Below, one piece after another: positions 16,801 through 25,950 of a DNA stretch of 64,000 nucleotides. Every line of letters begins with the position of its first letter. The stretch's first letter is position 1. The notes under the pieces are model-generated. The model was not told the origin of the DNA and did no database searches. It worked only from the letters and a program-made list of their open reading frames with translations. Source of the DNA: Actinomycetota bacterium. GTDB lineage: Bacteria; Actinomycetota; Aquicultoria; SKW223. The position numbers and the translations under genes were made by a program. The stretch covers positions 4,779-68,778 of the forward strand of contig JAOADC010000001.1 in the NCBI GenBank assembly GCA_026417515.1. The letters are read 5' to 3'.

Positions 16801-18538
16801 TCTCTATTCCTAACTCTTTTAACTGTCTTATAGAAACCGTATCTGGAGCACCTGTTAGTAAGCAGGTACCACTTTGCGTCTTTGGAAAGGCAATACAGTC
16901 TCTTATGGTGTTCAAACCAAGTGCGATCATTATCAATCTGTCCAAACCGAAAGCAATGCCACCATGAGGAGGAACGCCGTAGTCAAAAGCTTCAAGTAGA
17001 AATCCAAATTTTTCTTGGGCTTCATCTTCTTTTATTCCTAAAAAGTCAAAGATCTTTTTCTGAATTTCAGGTTTAAAAATTCTTAAAGAGCCTCCTCCCA
17101 CTTCAACACCGTTTATAACTAAATCATATGCATATGCCTTAACTTTAAGTGGATTGGAATCTAAATAGACTAAAGTATCCTCCTTGGGTCTTGTGAAAGG
17201 ATGGTGTTTAGCCTTGTATCTTTTTTCTTCCTCACTCCATTCGAACATAGGAAAATCTGTCACCCAGAGAACTTTAAACTGGTTTTCTGGAATAAGTTCC
17301 AAGATTCTTGCTAATTCGATTCTCAGTTTCCCAAGAATCTCAAGTGTTGTTTCCCGTTCACCTGCCATTATGAAAAGAGTGGAGTCAGGTAGGATTTTAG
17401 AATTCAAATCATAGATTTCTTTTTCAGAAGCAAATTTCAAGAGAGGAGATCTTAACTCCCCATTTTCTTTAACAAACCAGGCAAGACCACGCGCACCTTC
17501 TTCTTTAACAAACTCAGTCAATCTTTCAATTTCAGATCTCGAAAAAACCTTTTTAGGATTCAGTCCAGCAATGATTCCATCATTACCTACTTTAAAAACC
17601 CCTATTTGAGTATCTTTAAAGACATCAGTTAAATCAATGATTTCTAAATCAAATCTTAAGTCTGGTTTATCTGAACCAAATCTCGACATTGCTTCATCAT
17701 AAGTTATACGCATAAAGGGAGTTTCAAGTTCTATTGATGCAAGAGCAAAGATTCTCTTAATCAATTCTTCAGAAAGTCCTAAAACATCATCTTCATTAAC
17801 GAATGACATTTCAATATCTATCTGTGTATGTTCAGGTTGTCTATCTGCCCTTAAATCTTCATCCCTGAAACAGCGAGCAAGTTGGAAGTATTTTTCAAAT
17901 CCTGCCACCATAAGGATTTGTTTGAAAAGTTGGGGTGATTGTGGAAGTGCATAAAACTTGCCGTGGTAAAGCCTGCTCGGTACCAGAAAATCCCTTGCTC
18001 CCTCAGGAGTGCTCTTGGTAAGGTAAGGTGTTTCAACTTCAATAAATCCGTTTGCAGATAGAAACTTTCTTACTTCAAGTGCAACTTCGTGACGGAAAAT
18101 GAGATTCTTCATCATATTCGGTCTTCGCAGATCAAGATATCTGTATTTCAGTCTGAGTCTTTCGTCAACATTGATATTCTCATCGATTTCAAATGGAGGT
18201 ACTTTTGAAGAACTCAAAACTTCAACAGATGATACAAGTACTTCAACCTCTCCAGTGGGCATCTTAGGATTTTCTGTGCCTTCAGGTCTCCTTCTTACAA
18301 TTCCTTCTACCTTAATCACCCATTCAGGCTTTACTCTTGAAAGTTCCTCAAAAGAAGGTGTTTCAGGATCAGAGACGAGTTGAACAATACCTGAACGGTC
18401 TCTTAAATCGACAAAAATAAGTCCACCGTGATTACGAATTGAATCCACCCATCCACAGAGAACAACTGAAGTATTCAATAATTCAGCGTTCAGTTCACCA
18501 CAACCATGAGTTCTGAAAGAATATTTTGCTATTGACAT
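16790..18538 (-). CDS. aspS: Aspartate--tRNA ligase
   Basis: 582 aa; N-terminal RTHGCGEL; OB-fold; class II motifs including GGGSLRIF and GLDRLIM. Confidence 0.95.
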   Translation of the reverse strand: MSIAKYSFRTHGCGELNAELLNTSVVLCGWVDSIRNHGGLIFVDLRDRSGIVQLVSDPETPSFEELSRVKPEWVIKVEGIVRRRPEGTENPKMPTGEVEVLVSSVEVLSSSKVPPFEIDENINVDERLRLKYRYLDLRRPNMMKNLIFRHEVALEVRKFLSANGFIEVETPYLTKSTPEGARDFLVPSRLYHGKFYALPQSPQLFKQILMVAGFEKYFQLARCFRDEDLRADRQPEHTQIDIEMSFVNEDDVLGLSEELIKRIFALASIELETPFMRITYDEAMSRFGSDKPDLRFDLEIIDLTDVFKDTQIGVFKVGNDGIIAGLNPKKVFSRSEIERLTEFVKEEGARGLAWFVKENGELRSPLLKFASEKEIYDLNSKILPDSTLFIMAGERETTLEILGKLRIELARILELIPENQFKVLWVTDFPMFEWSEEEKRYKAKHHPFTRPKEDTLVYLDSNPLKVKAYAYDLVINGVEVGGGSLRIFKPEIQKKIFDFLGIKEDEAQEKFGFLLEAFDYGVPPHGGIAFGLDRLIMIALGLNTIRDCIAFPKTQSGTCLLTGAPDTVSIRQLKELGIEIRD

Positions 18539-19809
18539 CTCTCATCCACCTTTTCGACCATAGTCTTTATCAATCCTACAACCTCATCATAACTAACCAG
18601 ATTTTCTTCACCTGTAATCATATTGCGTAACTTTACCAGATTTCTTTCGTGCTCCTCAGGAGCAACAATCACAGAGACTTTTGCGCCCAATTTATCAGCC
18701 TGCTTAAACTGAGCCTTCATTGATCTCTTTAAGTAATCGTATTCGGTTTTAATACCGATCTTTCTCAATTGATTAGCAACTTCAAAAGCCTTTGTTTCTA
18801 AACCTCTATAGGAAACTATATAAACGTCAGTTCCAATTTCTATTTGCGGTACGATACCCTCCTCCTCGAGTTGCATCAGTAGTCTTTCAACGCCAATGGC
18901 AAATCCTAGTCCAGGGGTATCTTCTCCGCCGCATTCCTTGACAAGGGGATCGTATCTTCCGCCACCACCTATGGCAGATTGCGCGCCCAAAAGAGGACTT
19001 TTTACTTCAAAAGTTGTTTTTTCGTAATAATCAAGACCTCTTACCAGAAAAGGATTTACTTCAAAGTCAACATTAAGCATTCTCAAATGATTCATCACAC
19101 CTTCAAAGTGCAATAAACATTCTTCACACACGCTTTCAGAGACCTTTGGAGCGTCTTTCAGTAAAGTAATGCATCTTTCGTTCTTGCAATCAAAAACTCT
19201 AAGAGGATTAAGATCAATTCGCTTTCGGCAGTCTGAGCATAAATCTTCTGAATGCTCGTTTAAAAATTCTACGAGTTTATCTAAGAAAAGTGGTCTGCAT
19301 TTACGGCATCCAATGGTATTTATCTCTGTTGTGAAGTTTTTCAGACCAAGCTTTTTAAAGTATTCAACCATTAAAAAAATAACCTCGCTATCGACATCTG
19401 GACCAGGAGCACCAAATACTTCAACACCTATCTGCCAAAATTCACGCAAACGGCCTTTCTGAGGTCTTTCGTATCGATACATTGGCATAATGTAGAAAAG
19501 TTTTGATGGAAACCTAAAAGAGGATAGGTTGTTTTCAATGTAAGCGCGCACAACTGGTGCAGTTCCTTCAGGCCTTAATGTCAGGCTCCTATTTGACCTG
19601 TCAAGAAATGTATACATTTCTTTTTGAACGATGTCTGATGCCTCTCCAATTCCTCTAACGAAAAGTTCTGTCTGTTCAAAAACAGGCGTTGAGATTGGGA
19701 GGAACCCGAATGTTAGAAAAAGGTTTTCAGCAATGCTAAAAATCCTTTTCCTTATTAAACCCTCTTCAGGAAGTATGTCTCTTGTTCCTTTGATTCTACG
19801 ATATTCCAA
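18529..19809 (-). CDS. hisS: Histidine--tRNA ligase (with a Cys-rich insertion domain)
   Basis: 426 aa; motif 2 MYRYERPQKGRLREFWQ; motif 3 GGGGRYD; insertion region contains CRKCR...CSDCRKR...CKNERC...CEEC. Confidence 0.95.
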   Translation of the reverse strand: MEYRRIKGTRDILPEEGLIRKRIFSIAENLFLTFGFLPISTPVFEQTELFVRGIGEASDIVQKEMYTFLDRSNRSLTLRPEGTAPVVRAYIENNLSSFRFPSKLFYIMPMYRYERPQKGRLREFWQIGVEVFGAPGPDVDSEVIFLMVEYFKKLGLKNFTTEINTIGCRKCRPLFLDKLVEFLNEHSEDLCSDCRKRIDLNPLRVFDCKNERCITLLKDAPKVSESVCEECLLHFEGVMNHLRMLNVDFEVNPFLVRGLDYYEKTTFEVKSPLLGAQSAIGGGGRYDPLVKECGGEDTPGLGFAIGVERLLMQLEEEGIVPQIEIGTDVYIVSYRGLETKAFEVANQLRKIGIKTEYDYLKRSMKAQFKQADKLGAKVSVIVAPEEHERNLVKLRNMITGEENLVSYDEVVGLIKTMVEKVDERCQ

Positions 19810-19821
19810 TTTTTGTCACCG

Positions 19822-20442
19822 TTAAAAATCTAAAAACACATTGAAGGATTTTTCAGTTCCTATTGTTGTTTCTGGACCGTGACCAGGATATACGACCACA
19901 TCATCAGGAAGTCTTGAAAGTTTCTTAAGCGATAGGTGCATTTTATCCGGTTCGCTGCACGAGAGGTCTGTCCTTCCTATACCGCTTTTGAAAAGTGTAT
20001 CACCAGTAAAAATAACTTTTTCTTTTTCAAAATAAAAACAGCAAGAACCTTTCGTATGGCCAGGAGTGTGAATAACTTCAAAATTGAAGCTTCCTATCTT
20101 CATTATTCCTTCTTCAAGTTCCTTGGTTGGTTTTGCTGCAAAAACCTCTAACCAGGGATAATCCTTAAAAGCACAGGATGAGGGTTCTTCTACTGATTTT
20201 CTGTCTTCTGGATGAACGTAAAGGTCAATACTATATATTTTTTTAAGATTCTCAGCAGCACCAAAGTGGTCCCAATGACCGTGAGTAAGAAGAATTGCAA
20301 TTGGTCGTAATCCTACAGCGTTGATAAACCTTGAAATCTTTTTAGGTTCGTCACCTGGATCGATGATGAGGGCTTCATTATTCAAACCCAATATGTAACA
20401 GATCGTTTCAAGCCTGCCAACAGAAACTTTCCTTATCTGCAA
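19822..20442 (-). CDS. MBL-fold metallo-hydrolase (glyoxalase II-like)
   Basis: LLTHGHWDHFGA metal-binding motif, 206 aa, located between dtd and hisS. Confidence 0.75.
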   Translation of the reverse strand: MQIRKVSVGRLETICYILGLNNEALIIDPGDEPKKISRFINAVGLRPIAILLTHGHWDHFGAAENLKKIYSIDLYVHPEDRKSVEEPSSCAFKDYPWLEVFAAKPTKELEEGIMKIGSFNFEVIHTPGHTKGSCCFYFEKEKVIFTGDTLFKSGIGRTDLSCSEPDKMHLSLKKLSRLPDDVVVYPGHGPETTIGTEKSFNVFLDF

Positions 20443-20443
20443 T

Positions 20444-20899
20444 CTAATCTTTCCGCCTTTCTTTTGTGTTTATCACAAAAGTTGCAGGACCATCGTTTAC
20501 TAACTCTACCTGCATATGAGCACCAAAAGCTCCACTCTTGCAAGTAATAGAGTTACGAGTAAAAAATTTTATCATAAGCTCTATCAATTCTTGTGCCTTG
20601 TTAGGAGTTTCTGCCATATCAAATCCAGGCCTTAAACCTTTTGTTAGATTGGCTGCAAGTGTAAACTGTGAAACCAGAAGAATCTCTCCCTGAACATCAA
20701 TCAGCGATCGGTTCATTTTTCCGTTTTCGTCTTCAAATATTCTCAATTTTGGTATTCTTTCAGCAAGATAATTCGCATCTTCTTCTGTATCACCTTTTAA
20801 AACAGCAACAAAGCAGAGTACGCCCTTGCCTATTTCAGATACAATTTTTTCATTTACCTTTACTGATGCTTTCCTAACCCTTTGAATAACAGCAATCAT
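20444..20899 (-). CDS. dtd: D-aminoacyl-tRNA deacylase
   Basis: MIAVIQRV N-terminus, SQFTL motif, about 150 aa, downstream of relA as in Bacillus. Confidence 0.85.
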   Translation of the reverse strand: MIAVIQRVRKASVKVNEKIVSEIGKGVLCFVAVLKGDTEEDANYLAERIPKLRIFEDENGKMNRSLIDVQGEILLVSQFTLAANLTKGLRPGFDMAETPNKAQELIELMIKFFTRNSITCKSGAFGAHMQVELVNDGPATFVINTKERRKD

Positions 20900-20902
20900 T
20901 TT

Positions 20903-23077
20903 TTAAACTCTGTAAGCATCAAATACATTTTCAATAGATTTAATATTTTGCAAGATTTTATCTAGAATGGCTGTGTTTCCAATTTCAAAAACGAAGTTAA
21001 ATGCTGCAAGTCCTTCCTTTGTTGTTTGCAAATTGGCTGAAACTATATTAACACCGGCATCAGATAGGGCCGCTGTTATGTCTTTTAATAGTTGAGGCCT
21101 GTCAACAGCAAGTACCTTTATATGAACCTTAAATGTAGTTGATGGTTTCTTTGCCCAGGATACTTCAACGATGGCATCAGGCTGCGATTTAACAAGTTCC
21201 TTAAAATTTGGACAGTCTGTTCTGTGGATAGAAATTCCACGACCTCGAGTGATATAACCACCTATGCTATCGCCAGGAACTGGCGTACAGCATTTAGCAA
21301 ATCTTACAAGTACATCACCAACTCCCTTAACAATTATCGCACTGTGAGTACGAGCCTGGTCTTCTTCAAGCGTTTGCGTTTTTGCTTCAATCTCTTCAAC
21401 TTCCTCAACGTTTTCAGAAATCTTTTTTATCAGTTTTGTAACAGCTTGCTTTGGTGATATAAAACCTGAGCCAATTTGAGCGAAAAAATCGTCTACTGTT
21501 TTTTGATTGTACTCTTTGGCAAGTTCCTTAACTTCTTGGGAATCAAGAGTGATGCTACCGTAAATGCCACTTTTTCTTAGATATTTGATGAATTCGTCAC
21601 GACCTCTTGTTATCCTATCCAATCTTTCTTCTCTTGAAAACCAAGCCCTTATCTTAGTTTTGGCTCTTGAGGTCCTTACAATATCCAGCCAATCTCTACT
21701 TGGTCCTTGTGCTTTATTGCTGGTTAGGATCTTTACTTGATCACCACTTTTGAGTTCATAATCAAGAGGGACAATCTTACCGTTTACAATGGCACCGACG
21801 CATCTGTGACCCACCTCTGTGTGAATTGTGTAGGCAAAATCAATTGGTGTTGAACCCTTAGGAAGGCTTATTACGTCTCCTTTTGGAGTGAAAACGAAAA
21901 CCTCATCGCTTAACACATCCATTTTGAGGGCCTTTAAGAACTCTTTTGAGTCCTTAAACTCTTCTTCCAATTCAATGATTCTTCTTAGCCAGCTTAGCCT
22001 TTCATCGAACTCATCAGGTTTCCTAAGCCCTTCCTTGTATCTCCAATGTGCAGCGACACCATACTCTGCTATTCTATGCATCTCCTTAGTACGTATCTGA
22101 ACTTCTAACTGTTTACCTTCTGGTCCTATCACTGTTGTATGAAGAGATTGGTACATATTGAATTTTGGTACTGCTATATAATCTTTAAATCTTCCGGGAA
22201 CTGGCTTCCAAAGCGAGTGAATAACCCCAAGTGCAGCGTAGCAGTCTTTTAGATTATTCGTTATCACTCTTACAGCAAAAAGATCATGGATTTCTCCAAA
22301 TTCTTTGGAACTTTTTTTCATTTTCTGATAGATAGAGTAGTAGTGTTTTATGCGACCGGTTACCTCTGCCATAATATTTACCTTTTCGAGTTCTTTCTTT
22401 ATTGCTTCAATGACTGAGTTTATGTATTTTTCGCTCTGTAAGGTTGTCTCTTTTACAAGTTTTTCTATAAGAGCGTACTTTTCTGGTTCAAGTACTTTAA
22501 AGGCTTCATCTTCCAGTTCTGCTTTAAGCGTATAAATTCCTAATCTATGTGCGATTGGTGAATAGATTTCAAGTGTTTCTAAGGCTTTAATCTTTTGTTT
22601 TTCTTTTGATAGGTGGCGTATGGTTTTCATATTGTGAAGTCTGTCTGCAAGTTTAATCATTACAACACGAATATCCTTCGCCATAGCAACAAGCATTTTT
22701 CTGAAATTTTCAGTTTGCGTTTCCTGACCAGAAAATTTAATCTTTTCAAGTTTTGTTACTCCATCTACCAATTCGGCAACCTCAGAGTTGAACTCCTTTT
22801 CAATCTCTTCTTTCTTTACACCAGCATCTTCGATAACATCGTGTAGAAGTGCAGCAACAATTGTTTCGGTATCCATCTTTAAGTCTGCAAGGATCTTGGC
22901 AGTTTCAAACGGATGGATAATGAAATCTTCTCCTGATTTTCTCTTTTGTTTTTCATGAGCTTTGAAAGAGAAATCTACAGCCTTCCTTAATAATTCTTTA
23001 TCGACATTAGGATTGTATTCGCTGATTTTTCCTAAGAGTTCAATATAAAGATTTTCAGGAGTTAGCAATTTAGGCAT
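20903..23077 (-). CDS. relA: Bifunctional (p)ppGpp synthetase/hydrolase Rel (RelA/SpoT family)
   Basis: 724 aa; HD hydrolase motif LLHDVIED; synthetase domain; TGS and ACT C-terminal domains. Confidence 0.9.
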   Translation of the reverse strand: MPKLLTPENLYIELLGKISEYNPNVDKELLRKAVDFSFKAHEKQKRKSGEDFIIHPFETAKILADLKMDTETIVAALLHDVIEDAGVKKEEIEKEFNSEVAELVDGVTKLEKIKFSGQETQTENFRKMLVAMAKDIRVVMIKLADRLHNMKTIRHLSKEKQKIKALETLEIYSPIAHRLGIYTLKAELEDEAFKVLEPEKYALIEKLVKETTLQSEKYINSVIEAIKKELEKVNIMAEVTGRIKHYYSIYQKMKKSSKEFGEIHDLFAVRVITNNLKDCYAALGVIHSLWKPVPGRFKDYIAVPKFNMYQSLHTTVIGPEGKQLEVQIRTKEMHRIAEYGVAAHWRYKEGLRKPDEFDERLSWLRRIIELEEEFKDSKEFLKALKMDVLSDEVFVFTPKGDVISLPKGSTPIDFAYTIHTEVGHRCVGAIVNGKIVPLDYELKSGDQVKILTSNKAQGPSRDWLDIVRTSRAKTKIRAWFSREERLDRITRGRDEFIKYLRKSGIYGSITLDSQEVKELAKEYNQKTVDDFFAQIGSGFISPKQAVTKLIKKISENVEEVEEIEAKTQTLEEDQARTHSAIIVKGVGDVLVRFAKCCTPVPGDSIGGYITRGRGISIHRTDCPNFKELVKSQPDAIVEVSWAKKPSTTFKVHIKVLAVDRPQLLKDITAALSDAGVNIVSANLQTTKEGLAAFNFVFEIGNTAILDKILQNIKSIENVFDAYRV

Positions 23078-23122
23078 TTAATATTCTCCTGGAATTAGAT
23101 TTAAAACCATTATAGAAGGATT

Positions 23123-24778
23123 TTATCTGCGCAAAAAGAGTCGAAGGAAGAGTAGAGCCAGCAGTGCACTTAAAATGATAAAAAACGCGAGTGAAACAAT
23201 AAAGGTGGCAATCCTTCCTGTTTGCAATCCTAACGAAACAATAGCCAGACCAATAGCACCGAATGCGCTTAAAAAAGCCACTGCAACCAGAAAGGCAGAT
23301 TCCTTAATCACTCTTGACAAATCTTTAATGGACTGCGTCTGATTGAACCTCGTTTCTTCAGAACCCTCAAGAACGGTAATTAGATTGTCAATTTTTCTTG
23401 GCAGTTTCAGAAGTAGGTAAAAATCTTCAATTGCTGTGTCTGTTATCTCTTTCAGGAAACTTGATGGTGGGTAGTATTTTCTTACAAGCTCCTCAACATA
23501 GGGTCTTGCAACATCAAAAACATTTATTTGAGGATAAAGAGTATGTGCAACTCCTTCAACAGTAATCAATGCTTTTACAAGCAGTGCGTAGTCTTTTGGA
23601 ATCCTGACCTTGTTCTTGTAAAGAAGTCTCACGAATTCCTTTCCAATTATGTCAATTCGAATTTCGCCTAATGTCTTCCCGTAGTACTTGTCAAGAATCT
23701 CTCGAAACTCCTTCCTTAAAACAGGAAGTTTAGCTCTGGGAATCTCTGCCCCTAATGCTTCTGCCTGAATTAATATTTCATCCACATCCTTTACAATTTG
23801 AGCATAAAGCATTCGAGCAATTGCTCTCTTGCCTTCCTCGCTTATCCTACCAACCATTCCAAAATCAACGTATGTTATTTTTCCTTCTGGTGTTATTATC
23901 AAATTTGCAGGATGTAAATCTGCATGAAAAACACCGTATTCTAACACCTGTTTCATAAATGCCTTGGCTCCATATATCGCAAGAGCCTCCAGGTCAACAT
24001 CAGGATAATTCTTCCTTATTTGTTCAACATCACTCAACGAATAACCTTCTATGTATTCTAAAGTAAGTACTTTACTTGTTGTCAGATTCCAGAATACTTT
24101 TGGGATTTTTATAATCTCGTCTTCTACAAAAAGTTGCCGAAATGTTTCAGCGTTTGTAGCTTCAACCTTGAAATCGAGTTCATTACGCAGAGATGTTGCA
24201 AGTTCGTTCCAGAGACCTAAAAGGTCGACATTTTCGACTCTTGGATTTACCAGTTCAGCCAGATAATATAGTATCCTCAAATCGCTCTCAATGGTTAAGC
24301 TTGCTTCTGGTCGCTGAACCTTTACTACTACTGAATCTCCATTTTTTAGTCTTGCCCTATGAACCTGGGCAATTGAAGCCGCTGCTATAGGTTGTTCTTC
24401 GAAATATTCAAATAATTCTTCAATTGGTTTGCCCAGCTCAGATTCAACTATCTCTCTTATTTTTTCGTAAGAAAATGGCTTTACAGAATCCTGCAGTTTT
24501 TCTAGTTCATCGACATATTCGAGTGGCAATATGTCAGGTCTCACAGAAAGTATTTGTCCTATTTTTACAAAGGTGGGACCAAGATCTTCAAGAAATTCTC
24601 TAAATCTTACTGGTAAATCTTTCCTTGAAGAGATTAGGAACTCAAGTTTTCTATAGGCCTTTGGTAAAAATTTTTCTAAGCCAAACTCAGTGAGGATAAA
24701 ACCGAAACCATGAGCTGCTGCCTTCGTTGCTATCTCAAAAATTCTTTTATATTCTTGACGGCGCAATCTTAGAGGCAA
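23123..24778 (-). CDS. ubiB: ABC1/UbiB-family atypical kinase
   Basis: 551 aa; ABC1 domain (AAASIAQVHRARL, HADLHPANL); C-terminal TM helices. Confidence 0.8.
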   Translation of the reverse strand: MPLRLRRQEYKRIFEIATKAAAHGFGFILTEFGLEKFLPKAYRKLEFLISSRKDLPVRFREFLEDLGPTFVKIGQILSVRPDILPLEYVDELEKLQDSVKPFSYEKIREIVESELGKPIEELFEYFEEQPIAAASIAQVHRARLKNGDSVVVKVQRPEASLTIESDLRILYYLAELVNPRVENVDLLGLWNELATSLRNELDFKVEATNAETFRQLFVEDEIIKIPKVFWNLTTSKVLTLEYIEGYSLSDVEQIRKNYPDVDLEALAIYGAKAFMKQVLEYGVFHADLHPANLIITPEGKITYVDFGMVGRISEEGKRAIARMLYAQIVKDVDEILIQAEALGAEIPRAKLPVLRKEFREILDKYYGKTLGEIRIDIIGKEFVRLLYKNKVRIPKDYALLVKALITVEGVAHTLYPQINVFDVARPYVEELVRKYYPPSSFLKEITDTAIEDFYLLLKLPRKIDNLITVLEGSEETRFNQTQSIKDLSRVIKESAFLVAVAFLSAFGAIGLAIVSLGLQTGRIATFIVSLAFFIILSALLALLFLRLFLRR

Positions 24779-24782
24779 CTTC

Positions 24783-25085
24783 TTAACGCCTCTTCTTCTC
24801 TAAAAGGGCAATTCTTTCCTCAACTTCTTTTAGTTCCTTCTTCGTGGCAAGTCCGATTTCAGAGAGGACTGTTTTTACAACTGATTTCAATTTATCCTCA
24901 GATTGATGAGCAGCACTTATTAACTCTCCAAAAATAGTACTCTCTTGAGCATCTTTCAGAGAATGGATTGCCCTATCAGCAAGATCATGAGATAGCAACC
25001 AAATACCAAGTACGAGGTCGCTTAGTCCTATTTTCTTTTCATCATCATGCTGCTTCCTGTCCATACTTCTTTTTAAGTGTAGCAT
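24783..25085 (-). CDS. Small coiled-coil protein (UbiK/phasin-like); start probably at an internal Met
   Basis: About 90-100 aa; the C-terminal LATKKELKEVEERIALLEKKRR resembles UbiK/phasin coiled-coil tails. The annotated start overlaps the secF 3' end by 40 nt. Confidence 0.4.
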   Translation of the reverse strand: MLHLKRSMDRKQHDDEKKIGLSDLVLGIWLLSHDLADRAIHSLKDAQESTIFGELISAAHQSEDKLKSVVKTVLSEIGLATKKELKEVEERIALLEKKRR

Positions 25086-25950
25086 AATATGGTTCTCTTT
25101 CCTTCATAAGAACAAGGAGTGGAGCAGCAATAAAAAGCGAAGAGTAACCACCTGAAGTAACCCCCACTAAAAGAGCAAAAGCGAAGTCGGTAAGGGTTTC
25201 TCCACCAAAGAAGAATATGCTTATGATTGGTATAAGTGTGGTAACAAGAGTGTTAACCCACCTCATAAAAACTTGATGAATGGAATCGTTTGCCATAGAA
25301 GCATAGGTTCTCTTACCGATAGTTTTGGCATTTTCCTTGATTCGGTGGAATACAACAATGGTGTCATAAAGAGAGTATCCAAGAAGCGTCAAAACAGCGG
25401 CAACAGTCGCAGGCGTAATTTCTCGTCCAACAAGTATGTAGACAGAGAGTGTTGCAAGAACATCGTGAACAAGAGCAATCAGGGCTGCAACACCCATCTT
25501 AAACTCAAGCCTTAACGAAATGTAAAGAAGTACTATTGCAAATGATATGAGAAGCGCCCTTAGAGCACTGCTTGTAATTTGTGTACCCCAGGTTGGCGAG
25601 ACTGTCTTTACCCCTTTAATTTCTTTTACACCAAATTCTTTATCCAGTACATTTATAAGAGTTGCTTCCTGATCTTTGGTGAGCGTTTTGGTTTTTACGA
25701 TAAATTCACCTTTCTGGGTTTCTATCTTCTGAACTATCAGCTGCTCAAAGCCTTCTTTCTCTAAGACTTTTCTGACTTCACTTACAGTCGCATTTTTTTC
25801 AAGAACAACATCTATGGAAGTTCCACCTGTAAAATCAATCCCAAACCTTGCTCCCTTTATGAAGAAAGCGACAACACCCAGAATAATTATCAACAAAGAG
25901 ATAGAAAACCAGATCATTTTTGGTTTTATGAAATCAAACTTTCGATTCAT
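25045..25950 (-). CDS. secF: Protein translocase subunit SecF
   Basis: 301 aa; SecD/SecF C-terminal 6-TM domain; immediately downstream of secD. Confidence 0.9.
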   Translation of the reverse strand: MNRKFDFIKPKMIWFSISLLIIILGVVAFFIKGARFGIDFTGGTSIDVVLEKNATVSEVRKVLEKEGFEQLIVQKIETQKGEFIVKTKTLTKDQEATLINVLDKEFGVKEIKGVKTVSPTWGTQITSSALRALLISFAIVLLYISLRLEFKMGVAALIALVHDVLATLSVYILVGREITPATVAAVLTLLGYSLYDTIVVFHRIKENAKTIGKRTYASMANDSIHQVFMRWVNTLVTTLIPIISIFFFGGETLTDFAFALLVGVTSGGYSSLFIAAPLLVLMKEREPYYATLKKKYGQEAA

